From the NCBI GenBank assembly GCA_903891415.1, contig CAITEH010000008.1:9960-73959 (forward strand): 64,000 bases of DNA, written 5' to 3'. Source of the stretch: Candidatus Firestoneibacteriota bacterium (GTDB lineage Bacteria; Oederibacteriota; D2-FULL-39-29). Below are positions 51,224 to 60,177 of this stretch, piece by piece (position 1 is the first letter of the stretch; each line of letters begins with the position of its first letter). The notes below the pieces were generated by a model. It ran no database searches, was not told where the DNA came from, and saw only the letters and a program-made list of their open reading frames with translations. Made by a program: the position numbers and the translations under genes.

Positions 51224-52594
51224 ATGCTGATAGATACTCATGTACATCTGGACGATGAGCAATATTCCTCTGACCGCGAAAAAGTTATAGCGGCGGCTGA
51301 AAAAGCCGGGATTAAATATCTTGTTAATATCGGCACTGATCCGGAGTCAAATGCTTTTAGTTTAAAGACTTCCGCTGAATATGCTAATATATATTGTGCG
51401 CTGGGGATCCATCCGAATTATTGCTGCGGGGCGGACGAACAGGTCTTTGAGCTGATTGATAAACAGGCGGCGCAAAAGAAAGTTTCGGCTATCGGTGAAA
51501 CCGGCCTGGATTATTTTAGAAACACAACACCCAGGGAAACGCAGGAAAAAGTTTTCAGGCGGCTTATAGGGCTGGCAAAAAAGCACAATCTGCCGCTGGT
51601 TATCCACAGCCGTGATGCCAGCCAGGATACACTTAAAATACTAAAAGAAGAGAAGGTACAGGAGCTGGGAGGCGTGCTTCACTGTTTTACCGGTGAGCTG
51701 ATGCTGCTGAACGAATGTTTAAAACTCGGTTTTTATATTGCCGTGGGAGGGGCGGTTACCTATCCTAATGCGGCGGCTTTAAGGGCGGCAGTTAAAAATA
51801 TTCCTTTGAGCCGGCTGCTGCTTGAAACTGATTCTCCCTATCTTGCTCCCCAGTCAAAAAGAGGCCAGAGAAATGAACCGGCCTATTTAAGAGAAATTGC
51901 GGAAAAAGTCGCCGAAGTTCAAGGGAAAAGCCTGGAAACGATCTCCAGCTGGTCCGGAATAAATGCGGGTTATCTTTTCCGGCTGGGCGTGGCCGGGCAG
52001 GGTAAAATAGTCTATGAGCTGAACGGGTCTTTATATATAAATCTTACCAACAGGTGTTCTAACCACTGCGGTTTTTGTGCCAGGAACGAGAGCATAATGG
52101 TTAAAGGGCATGATCTTTCTCTTGAACGCGAGCCGGGTGCTGAGGAAATAATCAAAGCAGCGGGAGATATTTCAAAGTACAAAGAGGTTGTTTACTGTGG
52201 CTTTGGAGAGCCTTTTATACGCCTTGAAACGCTGAAAAAGACCGCGGCAGCTTTTAAAGCAAAGGGCGCCAGGGTCAGAGTTGATACTAACGGCCAGGGA
52301 AATCTTATTCACGGAAGAAATATATTACCCGGACTAAAGGGGCTGGTAGACGCGGTTTCGGTAAGTTTAAATGCCCCTACTGCCGAAAAGTATCAGAAAA
52401 TATGTTCTTCCCAGTTTGGGGAGGCAGCTTTTAACGGGCTTAAGGAATTTATCAGCGAGGCCGCAAAATACATTCCTGAGGTAACAGCGAGTGTTGTAAC
52501 TGTACCGGGGATAGATATTGAGGCCTGCCGGAAGATCGCGGAAGAAGAACTGAAAGTAAAATTCCGCGTACGTCAGTTTGGAAAGGTTGGCTAA
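51224..52594 (+). CDS. TatD-family metal-dependent hydrolase fused to a small radical-SAM domain
   Basis: aa 1-~255 are TatD (IDTHVHLD, ETGLDY, VIHSRDA, LETDSPYLAP). aa ~262-456 carry CSNHCGFC (CxxxCxxC), GFGEP and RVDTNGQG. It is a single uninterrupted ORF. Confidence 0.8.
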   Translation: MLIDTHVHLDDEQYSSDREKVIAAAEKAGIKYLVNIGTDPESNAFSLKTSAEYANIYCALGIHPNYCCGADEQVFELIDKQAAQKKVSAIGETGLDYFRNTTPRETQEKVFRRLIGLAKKHNLPLVIHSRDASQDTLKILKEEKVQELGGVLHCFTGELMLLNECLKLGFYIAVGGAVTYPNAAALRAAVKNIPLSRLLLETDSPYLAPQSKRGQRNEPAYLREIAEKVAEVQGKSLETISSWSGINAGYLFRLGVAGQGKIVYELNGSLYINLTNRCSNHCGFCARNESIMVKGHDLSLEREPGAEEIIKAAGDISKYKEVVYCGFGEPFIRLETLKKTAAAFKAKGARVRVDTNGQGNLIHGRNILPGLKGLVDAVSVSLNAPTAEKYQKICSSQFGEAAFNGLKEFISEAAKYIPEVTASVVTVPGIDIEACRKIAEEELKVKFRVRQFGKVG

Positions 52595-53404
52595 ATGAAA
52601 AAATACCTGATAATAGTGATCGTGCTGGGCGGAATTCTCTTCACGGGAAATGTTTATTTTAATCCGTTTAAAGGAAATGTTAAGATACTGGCGGACGGCC
52701 GGATATTTGAAGCGCCGGTTAAGAATTACACGGTCTATGATGTACTTAAAGAACAAAAAATAACGCTTGCCTTGCAGGATATTGTTTTTCCCGGCCTTAA
52801 TACTTTAGTTACCGACGGCATGATGATAAAAGTTCAGCGGGTAAAAGAAGTAAATATAACGGTCACTGAAATATTAAAATATGGAACTACAACTTTAGGG
52901 GACAAGTATCTGAACACCGGTGAAGTTATTGATTTTCAAACCGGCATTGACGGATTTCTAGAAAAAGAAGTTAAAGTAATGTATCATGACAACAAAGAAG
53001 TCTGGCGGAAGGTATACAATATAGCAAATCAGAAAAAACCTCAAAACAGGATCATTCTGCAGGGAACCGGCAAAAATAAGAAAATGTATATGTTGCCCAG
53101 AAGAATGATGGTCACCAGAATATACAATTTGCTGGCAACAGGCTATTATCCCGGGCCTGAAGATTGCGGGCCTGAAGCTGACGGGCTTACCGCGAACGGC
53201 ATGAAAGCCGGTTACGGTGTCTGTGCAGTAGATCCCAGGGTAATTCCGCTTGGCACCAGGCTTTATGTGGAGAATTACGGTTATTGTATAGCTGCCGATA
53301 CCGGCGGAGCAATAAAGGGAAATAAGATAGACCTGTGTTTTGACAAATATTCAGAATCAAGCGTCTACAATCCTAAATTTGTCAAAGTGTATGTATTAAA
53401 ATGA
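52595..53404 (+). CDS. YabE-like cell-wall protein (DUF348-like, G5-like, 3D domain)
   Basis: Signal/TM segment and a C-terminal 3D domain (ATGYYPGPEDCGPEADGLTANGMKAGYGVCAVDPRVIPLGTRLYVENYGYCIAADTGGAIKGNKIDL). Confidence 0.75.
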   Translation: MKKYLIIVIVLGGILFTGNVYFNPFKGNVKILADGRIFEAPVKNYTVYDVLKEQKITLALQDIVFPGLNTLVTDGMMIKVQRVKEVNITVTEILKYGTTTLGDKYLNTGEVIDFQTGIDGFLEKEVKVMYHDNKEVWRKVYNIANQKKPQNRIILQGTGKNKKMYMLPRRMMVTRIYNLLATGYYPGPEDCGPEADGLTANGMKAGYGVCAVDPRVIPLGTRLYVENYGYCIAADTGGAIKGNKIDLCFDKYSESSVYNPKFVKVYVLK

Positions 53405-54576
53405 GAAAAGCAGTCATTATCGCGGATGATCTGTCCGGTGCGAATGATGCAGGCTGCAAAATATTTGAAAATGGTTTTAAATGCACCACGCTGGACGCTT
53501 CAAGTAAAGATCTCGGCTCTTTTCTTGACGGCTTCAAAGGTATTGCCGTAATAAATACTGCCAGCAGGCTGCTTGCACCGGCCGCTGCCTATAAAACCGT
53601 CTATTCCGTTGTATCTGCCTTAAATACCTGCGGGTTTATTTATAAGAAAATTGATTCTACCTTAAGAGGGAATATTGGCCCGGAAATAGACGCGTGTATA
53701 GATGCTTTAAAAATAAAAGCAGTAGCGCTGGTTCCCGCCTATCCGGAACTTGGCCGTAAGACCGTATATGGAAGACATTTTTACAAGGAAAAACTTCTTG
53801 AAAATACTGAATTTTTTCTGGATCCCGTGGGCCCTGTATTAACCTCGGATATTTCCTCTTTGCTGCGAAAACAGTCAAAGTACGGTTCCGTATTAGTGGA
53901 TATTGATGTAATACGTCAGGGCAAAGAAGCTTTGAATAGATTTCTCAGATCAAAAATCGGAAAAGAACCTGTAATTTTTATTTTTGACTGCCTGAATAAC
54001 TCTGATCTTAAAGTGATCGCGCAGGCGGTAAAAAACTTCAGAGTTGTAGCCGGGGCCTCCGCCCTCGCAGGCTATATTTTTCCCCGCAAGAAGGAGCACA
54101 TTTCGGTTTACCCAAAAGTAAATGAGCGCACGGCCTACTTTATCGGAAGCCTGAAAGAAATCACCCACAAACAGGTGGCCCGGTTAAGAAAATCAGCAAA
54201 TATTTCTGTTTGTCAGGTTATTTCCGACAGCAGGAGTCAAATAAAAGGCAGGGATATTATTTTTACCGTAAAAAAGGGTAAAAGAAGGAACACGGCCGCA
54301 ATGAGAAGAAAGATAGAAGCTTTTTTCAGCCGTAAAGCTGTAGAAATTATTAACAAAGAAAAATTCGGACGCCTTTTTATTTCCGGGGGAGCTACAGCCG
54401 AAACGGTTTTTAAAGCCCTAAAAATAAATTATACGGAAATTAAAGCTGTAATATTTCCCGGGGTGCCCTTGACCTACAGCCCGGAAAAAAATCTATATAT
54501 AGTGACAAAACCCGGGAGCTTTGGCGATGAAAACGCCTTGCTTGGCATCTACGACAGGTTTAAGCGCCTGCTTTAA
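53401..54576 (+). CDS. four-carbon acid sugar kinase family protein (DUF1537/YgbK-like)
   Basis: AVIIADDLSGANDAG at the N-terminus, KIDSTLRGNIGPEI, and the C-terminal nucleotide-binding half (LFISGGATAE). Confidence 0.7.
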   Translation: MRKAVIIADDLSGANDAGCKIFENGFKCTTLDASSKDLGSFLDGFKGIAVINTASRLLAPAAAYKTVYSVVSALNTCGFIYKKIDSTLRGNIGPEIDACIDALKIKAVALVPAYPELGRKTVYGRHFYKEKLLENTEFFLDPVGPVLTSDISSLLRKQSKYGSVLVDIDVIRQGKEALNRFLRSKIGKEPVIFIFDCLNNSDLKVIAQAVKNFRVVAGASALAGYIFPRKKEHISVYPKVNERTAYFIGSLKEITHKQVARLRKSANISVCQVISDSRSQIKGRDIIFTVKKGKRRNTAAMRRKIEAFFSRKAVEIINKEKFGRLFISGGATAETVFKALKINYTEIKAVIFPGVPLTYSPEKNLYIVTKPGSFGDENALLGIYDRFKRLL

Positions 54577-54594
54577 CAGTTTTTGTACTTTTAA

Positions 54595-54623
54595 TTGCCG
54601 TATAAGAGAAAATATGCTAAAAT
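54595..54623 (+). promoter_or_regulatory. candidate promoter TTGCCG-17nt-TAAAAT upstream of gatC
   Basis: Hexamers at 54595-54600 and 54618-54623. Confidence 0.3.
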
Positions 54624-54650
54624 ATAACCCGGAACTTTAAGGAGCTATTT

Positions 54651-54935
54651 ATGATAACAAGAAAAGATGTTGAGCATGCAGCAAAACTTTCGCAGCTAAA
54701 GTTCGGAGAAGAAGAACTTAACCGGTTAACGAAACAATTAGAAGATATTATCGGCTTTGTGGATAAGTTAGCGGAATTGAATACCGATGGTATTGAACCC
54801 ACCTCCAGCGTTATTCCCGTGGTCAATGTTACAAGAGAGGATGCCGTTAAACCTTCTTTTGACCGGGAACAGGCTCTTTCCAATGCGCCGGAGAAAGAAA
54901 TGGGACACTACAAAATACCCAAAATAATGGAGTAG
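54651..54935 (+). CDS. gatC: Asp/Glu-tRNA amidotransferase subunit C
   Basis: ITRKDVEHAAKLSQLKFGEEEL...LEDIIGFVDKL; 94 aa. Confidence 0.92.
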   Translation: MITRKDVEHAAKLSQLKFGEEELNRLTKQLEDIIGFVDKLAELNTDGIEPTSSVIPVVNVTREDAVKPSFDREQALSNAPEKEMGHYKIPKIME

Positions 54936-54938
54936 AAT

Positions 54939-56411
54939 ATGCGCTTAACGGAACTCTCTGCCGCTGAACTGGCAAAAGCTATTAGGAACGGGGAAACTAC
55001 CTCGAAAGATGTAACTGCCGCTTTTATTAATAGAATAGAACAGAAAAATAAAGGCTTAAACGCTTTTGTTTCTAAAGAATTCGACCTGGCGCTTAAGGCC
55101 GCCGGGGAATACGATAAAATACCCGCAGGGAACAGCAAAAGATCTTCTCCGCTATTTGGCGTACCGATAGCGTTAAAGGATAATATGTGCGAGCAGGGGA
55201 CAAAAGTTACCTGCTGTTCAAAAATACTTGAAAACTTTATTGCCCCGTATGATGCAGCGGTCGTAGAAAAGCTAAAAGAAGCCGGAATGCCGATTCTTGG
55301 CAAGTCTAATATGGATGAATTTGCAATGGGTTCTTCCACGGAAAACTCCGTCTACGGGCCTTCCCTGAATCCCTGGGACAAGCAAAGGATTCCCGGAGGT
55401 TCTTCCGGCGGTTCAGCCGTTGCAGTCGCCGCAGGACTGGCTCCGGTTGCGCTGGGATCGGATACGGGCGGATCCATAAGGCAGCCCGCTTCCTGTTGCG
55501 GGGTTGTCGGTTTAAAACCTACTTATGGCCGGGTTTCCAGGTACGGGCTTGTGGCTTTTGCTTCTTCGCTTGACCAGATAGGGCCGTTTGCGAGAAATAT
55601 TGAGGATACCGCGGCGCTGCTCCGGGTAATAGCCGGCTATGATCCTAAAGATTCTACTTCAATAAAAGAGGAAGTTCCTGATTATTCCGCGTTTTTAAAC
55701 AAAAGCATTAAGGGAATGAAGATCGCGATACCCAAAGAATACCTGGGCAGGGGGGGCTTAGCACCGGATGTTTCCGGCTCAATAAAGTCCGCTATTGAGA
55801 TCTATCAGAAACTTGGCGCGGAATTTGGAGAAGTCAGCCTGCCGCATACCGAATACTGTTTGGCGACTTATTATATTATTGCGACGGCTGAAGCAAGTTC
55901 AAATCTGGCCAGATATGACGGCGTGCATTATGGCTATAGAAATAAAGAGGCTAAAACTCTCTCGGAAATGTACTCGTCAACCAGAGCAGAAGGTTTTGGA
56001 GATGAAGTTAAGAGAAGAATAATGCTGGGTACCTATGTGCTAAGTGCCGGTTATTATGATGCTTATTATCTTAAGGCACAGAAAGTGAGGACTTTGATAA
56101 AACGTGATTTTGACAATGTATTTAAGAACTATGATTGTTTGCTTACACCGACAGCGCCGACTCCGGCTTTTAAACTTGGCGAAAAAATTGCCGATCCTAT
56201 TCAAATGTATCTTTCCGATATTTTTACCATATCTGTGAATCTTGCCGGTGTACCCGGCATTTCAATACAGGGTGGTTTTTCAAAAGAGAAACTGCCTATT
56301 GGTATTCAGCTTATAGGTAAGCCTTTTAAGGAAGGAGAGCTCTTTAAACTGGCGTATGCTTACGAACAAGCGGCACTCTGGACAAAATTCAGGCCGCCGG
56401 AAACGGTATGA
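54939..56411 (+). CDS. gatA: Asp/Glu-tRNA amidotransferase subunit A
   Basis: Amidase signature (GGSSGGSAVAVAAG...GSDTGGSIRQPAS). Confidence 0.95.
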   Translation: MRLTELSAAELAKAIRNGETTSKDVTAAFINRIEQKNKGLNAFVSKEFDLALKAAGEYDKIPAGNSKRSSPLFGVPIALKDNMCEQGTKVTCCSKILENFIAPYDAAVVEKLKEAGMPILGKSNMDEFAMGSSTENSVYGPSLNPWDKQRIPGGSSGGSAVAVAAGLAPVALGSDTGGSIRQPASCCGVVGLKPTYGRVSRYGLVAFASSLDQIGPFARNIEDTAALLRVIAGYDPKDSTSIKEEVPDYSAFLNKSIKGMKIAIPKEYLGRGGLAPDVSGSIKSAIEIYQKLGAEFGEVSLPHTEYCLATYYIIATAEASSNLARYDGVHYGYRNKEAKTLSEMYSSTRAEGFGDEVKRRIMLGTYVLSAGYYDAYYLKAQKVRTLIKRDFDNVFKNYDCLLTPTAPTPAFKLGEKIADPIQMYLSDIFTISVNLAGVPGISIQGGFSKEKLPIGIQLIGKPFKEGELFKLAYAYEQAALWTKFRPPETV

Positions 56412-56412
56412 G

Positions 56413-58134
56413 ATGAATACGATTACAGTTCTTCCCGAAGAATTGGTAAAGAAGATCTCAGCAGGCGAGGTTATAGAAAGGCCCGCTTCGGTAATTAAAG
56501 AATTGCTTGAGAATTCCATTGATGCGTCGGCCAAAAATATTTCTGTTGAAATACGGCAGGGCGGGATCAAGTTCATAAGGCTCAAAGATGACGGGCAGGG
56601 CATGAGCAAGGCGGATCTTCTTCTGTGTACCGACCGGCACACCACAAGTAAAATAAAAAAACTTGAGGATATTTACAACATAAATACTCTGGGTTTCAGA
56701 GGTGAAGCGCTCTCTTCCATCTCCGCGGTTTCAAAAACAGAAATATTAAGCAGATTTAAAGATGCTGCAAGCGGCTATAAACTGTCCCTGAACGGCGGCA
56801 AAAAGGAACTGCTAGAGGCGCAGGGCGCGAAAGGGACCATGATCACCGTAATGGATCTTTTCTATAATGTTCCTGCACGGCTTAAATTCCTGAAAAGCCC
56901 GCAGACAGAAACCGGACATATAAATGATGTTGTTTTTAGACTCGCCTTGTTTAACTATAAGCTGGGGTTTGAATTAAAAGCTGAGGGCGTTGAGTTACTG
57001 AAGGTCAGCCCTGTTAAAACACTTAAAGAGCGCTTATTTCAGCTTTTTGGCGGAGAGACGGCGAATAGTCTTATGGAAGTAAAAAAGGAAGAGGACGGGA
57101 TCTTGATCTCCGGATTTATTTCCACTCCGGATAACGCTAAGAGCAGCAGGAATTATATTTATACTTTTGTAAATGGCCGGCTGGTAAGCGACAAGACCGT
57201 TAATCATGCCGTTTCCTCAGGTTATGGAAATATTGTCCCTTTAGGTAAATATCCCCTGGCAGTTCTTTTTATAAAATTAGAGCCGGGGAAAATTGACGTA
57301 AATGTTCATCCTACAAAACGCGAGGTAAAGTTTTCCAATAGCAATCTTGTTCATGGAGTTGTAGAGCATGCCGTAAAAGAAACACTTTTGAGGGAAAAAC
57401 CGGTATTTGAAATAAAAGCCGGCGGGAGCACGGCCGGTTCTTTGGAAAAAACCGGAAATAATGCTTACCTCCCGGTTTCAGGAACTCCGGCTGGTGCTTT
57501 TCCGGAGGCTTTTGAAAAAAGAGCGGCCTTTGTTCAAGAAGGACTGCTAAACGAAGACAAGTACCGCATAAAACCTCTCTATCAGGCCAAAAATATGTAT
57601 ATCTTGGCCGTTGACGGGGAGTCCGTATTAATAATTGACCAGCATGTCGCGCACGAGAAAATATTATACGAAGGTTTAAAAGAAAAAAAAGCCGAAGTTC
57701 TGGGTTCCCAGCAGCTTCTTGTTCCGGTAAGCATAAATCTGGAGCTGAAGCATTCACTAATCCTGAAAAAGCATCTCACCGAACTTAATAATTATGGCTT
57801 TGAAATTGTGCCTATCGGTAAAGATTCCTTCATGATAAACGGTGTTCCCGTATTTCTGGCGTTAAAAAGCCCGGAAAAAATTCTTATCAGTGTTATTGAA
57901 CAACTTGAGGAAGAACTGGCAGGTACTCACTCCATTAAGGATAAACAGGATACTTTAATTAAGACTCTCGCATGTCATTCTGCCGTAAGGGCAGGGGATG
58001 CGCTTGGTTATGAACAAATGCTGCTGCTTGTTAATGACTTTGCTGAATGCGGCCTTCCATATTGCCCTCATGGCCGGCCGGGGATGATAAAGATAACCTT
58101 TAATGAGCTTGATAAAAAATTCAAAAGGTCCTGA
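56413..58134 (+). CDS. mutL: DNA mismatch repair protein MutL (endonuclease type)
   Basis: Start set at ATG 56413, 1 nt after the gatA stop. ISAGEVIERPASVIKELLENSIDA, GFRGEAL, DQHVAHEKILYE, CPHGRP. Confidence 0.93.
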   Translation: MNTITVLPEELVKKISAGEVIERPASVIKELLENSIDASAKNISVEIRQGGIKFIRLKDDGQGMSKADLLLCTDRHTTSKIKKLEDIYNINTLGFRGEALSSISAVSKTEILSRFKDAASGYKLSLNGGKKELLEAQGAKGTMITVMDLFYNVPARLKFLKSPQTETGHINDVVFRLALFNYKLGFELKAEGVELLKVSPVKTLKERLFQLFGGETANSLMEVKKEEDGILISGFISTPDNAKSSRNYIYTFVNGRLVSDKTVNHAVSSGYGNIVPLGKYPLAVLFIKLEPGKIDVNVHPTKREVKFSNSNLVHGVVEHAVKETLLREKPVFEIKAGGSTAGSLEKTGNNAYLPVSGTPAGAFPEAFEKRAAFVQEGLLNEDKYRIKPLYQAKNMYILAVDGESVLIIDQHVAHEKILYEGLKEKKAEVLGSQQLLVPVSINLELKHSLILKKHLTELNNYGFEIVPIGKDSFMINGVPVFLALKSPEKILISVIEQLEEELAGTHSIKDKQDTLIKTLACHSAVRAGDALGYEQMLLLVNDFAECGLPYCPHGRPGMIKITFNELDKKFKRS

Positions 58135-59053
58135 AAATGCAAGTCTTTGGGTCCTCGTGGGGCCAACGGCTTCCGGAAAAACATCTTTGGCTATTGAGCT
58201 TGCTAAAAAGGTTAATGGTGAGATTGTTTCTGCCGATTCGCTTCAAATTTACAAGGAATTTGATATTGGCTCAGCCAAACCCTCGAATAGCCAGCTAAAG
58301 GAGATACGGCATCATTTAATTAGTACAGTCTCTCCGCTTAAGGTATTGAATGCTTATGAATACAGCTTGATGGCAAGAGCAGCAGTTCTGGATATTATTT
58401 CCAGGGGAAAACAACCGATACTTACCGGCGGCTCCGGACTTTATATCAGGGCTGTTATTGACGGCCTGCTTAAAATAGAGGAGCACTCAAAAGCGCCCAA
58501 GGAGGCGCTCTATTCGGATATAAGGGAAAAAGGCCTGCCTGCTCTCTATGAGGAGTTAAAAAAAGTTGATCCGGAGGCGGCCTCAAAGATACATCTTAAT
58601 GATGAGTTCAGGATCATAAGAGCCCTTGAATTGTTCAGGCTTACCGGGAAGACGCGCAAGGAGTCTGCCAGGACCGGTGAACCTTTTAAGATCGGAACCA
58701 TTATTTTTGCCGGGCTTTATCTGGAAAGGGCTCTGCTTTATCAGCGTATAAACGAAAGAGTTGACCTGATGCTTGAGAACGGCCTGCTGGAAGAAGTCAG
58801 GAAGCTTACCGGAAAATACGGATTTGAGATTCATCCGCTGAAAGCTCTGGGTTACAGCCAGTTTATTGAGTATTTTAAAAAAAATATCAGCTTCGAAGAG
58901 GCTGTGGCTTTAATTAAATCCGGTACCAGGCAGTACGCAAAAAGACAGTATGTATGGTTCAAAAAGGACACTAGAATTAACTGGCTTGAAGCGGCCGGAG
59001 CTAAGGCTGAACTATTAACAGCGGCCTATAAAATATTCACGGAGAAAAAGTGA
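58103..59053 (+). CDS. miaA: tRNA dimethylallyltransferase
   Basis: GPTASGKTSLAIELA, VSADSLQIYKEFDIGSAKP, RQYAKRQ. The start is uncertain; the 58103 ATG overlaps mutL by 32 nt. Confidence 0.9.
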   Translation: MSLIKNSKGPENASLWVLVGPTASGKTSLAIELAKKVNGEIVSADSLQIYKEFDIGSAKPSNSQLKEIRHHLISTVSPLKVLNAYEYSLMARAAVLDIISRGKQPILTGGSGLYIRAVIDGLLKIEEHSKAPKEALYSDIREKGLPALYEELKKVDPEAASKIHLNDEFRIIRALELFRLTGKTRKESARTGEPFKIGTIIFAGLYLERALLYQRINERVDLMLENGLLEEVRKLTGKYGFEIHPLKALGYSQFIEYFKKNISFEEAVALIKSGTRQYAKRQYVWFKKDTRINWLEAAGAKAELLTAAYKIFTEKK

Positions 59054-60129
59054 CCATAGAAACCGGAGTACTTGCGGGTATTTCAAAGGATGATAGGGAT
59101 TCTTTTGTCGAAACAGAAGCTCTGGCGGCAACTTCCTCTGTTAAAATATTGGAGACAATAATTCAAAACAGAAAAGTGCCGGATGCTGCCTATTACATCG
59201 GACGGGGAAAGGTCAGCGATCTAAAACTCAGATGTGAAGAGTTAAAAACCAATATTATTGTATTTAATAATAATCTTAAACCCAACCAGCAGCGCAACCT
59301 TGAGGATATTACGGGGAAAAAAATCATAGACCGGTGTACTCTTATCCTGGATATATTCGCAAAACACGCGCGGACTACCGAAGGCAAACTACAGGTTGAA
59401 CTCGCACAGTTAATATATTTTTTACCGCGTCTTTCGGGACACGGTGTCGGCTTGGCCCAGTTCAGCGGCGGGATAGGAGCCCGGAGAGGCCCCGGGGAGA
59501 AAAAGCTGGAACTGGATAAACGCAGTATCAGAAACCGGATAGATTTTTTAAAAGATAAACTTGAAGTTGTCAGGAAACACCGTAAAGTCCTCAGAGAAAG
59601 CCGGAAATCAAAAGGTTTTTTAAATGCCGCGCTTGTCGGCTATACCAATTCCGGTAAGTCGACGCTGTTGAATAAGATGACCGGGGCAGATGTTATTGTG
59701 GAAAATAAACTATTTTCCACTCTGGATCCGACAACCCGGAAAGTATTTATGAAGGGGGGACAAAATCTTTTATTGACCGATACCGTAGGTTTTATCCGTA
59801 ATCTTCCCGCAGAACTCATCACTTCTTTCAGAGCAACACTTGAAGAAATAGAGTTTGCGGATATCATTGTCATGGTGCTTGACGCGGGCCGGCTTGATAT
59901 TGATATTCAGGTAGATGCCGTATACCGCGAGCTAAAGGCCTTAGATGTACTGAATAAACCGGTAATTACGGTCTTGAATAAACTGGATATAGTCACTCCG
60001 CAGCGGTTGCTGAGGTTAAATAATGATTTTCCTGAAGCAATCCCGGTTTCTGCGGTAAAGAACGTTAATATTGACAAGCTCCTGTCCAAAATAGCTCTAG
60101 TATTTAATGAGTTATTGACAAAAAGTTAA
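59050..60129 (+). CDS. hflX: GTPase HflX
   Basis: GTG start. HflX N-domain (IFAKHARTTEGKLQVELAQL) and G domain (LVGYTNSGKSTLLN, DTVGF, NKLD). Confidence 0.92.
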   Translation: MTIETGVLAGISKDDRDSFVETEALAATSSVKILETIIQNRKVPDAAYYIGRGKVSDLKLRCEELKTNIIVFNNNLKPNQQRNLEDITGKKIIDRCTLILDIFAKHARTTEGKLQVELAQLIYFLPRLSGHGVGLAQFSGGIGARRGPGEKKLELDKRSIRNRIDFLKDKLEVVRKHRKVLRESRKSKGFLNAALVGYTNSGKSTLLNKMTGADVIVENKLFSTLDPTTRKVFMKGGQNLLLTDTVGFIRNLPAELITSFRATLEEIEFADIIVMVLDAGRLDIDIQVDAVYRELKALDVLNKPVITVLNKLDIVTPQRLLRLNNDFPEAIPVSAVKNVNIDKLLSKIALVFNELLTKS

Positions 60130-60177
60130 TAATCTGTTAAACTAAATATGCTTAATTAAAATAAGGCGGTTAACCAA

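Noticed and set aside
53401-54576. Four-carbon acid sugar kinase lacking its usual PdxA-like dehydrogenase partner as a sign of a novel pathway.
   Set aside because: It is a single gene overlapping yabE-like by 4 nt with no other pathway genes nearby. There is insufficient evidence for anything beyond an orphan family member.
54651-56411. gatC-gatA without gatB as an anomaly.
   Set aside because: A detached gatB is common in many phyla. It is probably encoded elsewhere and is not evidence of gene loss or novelty.
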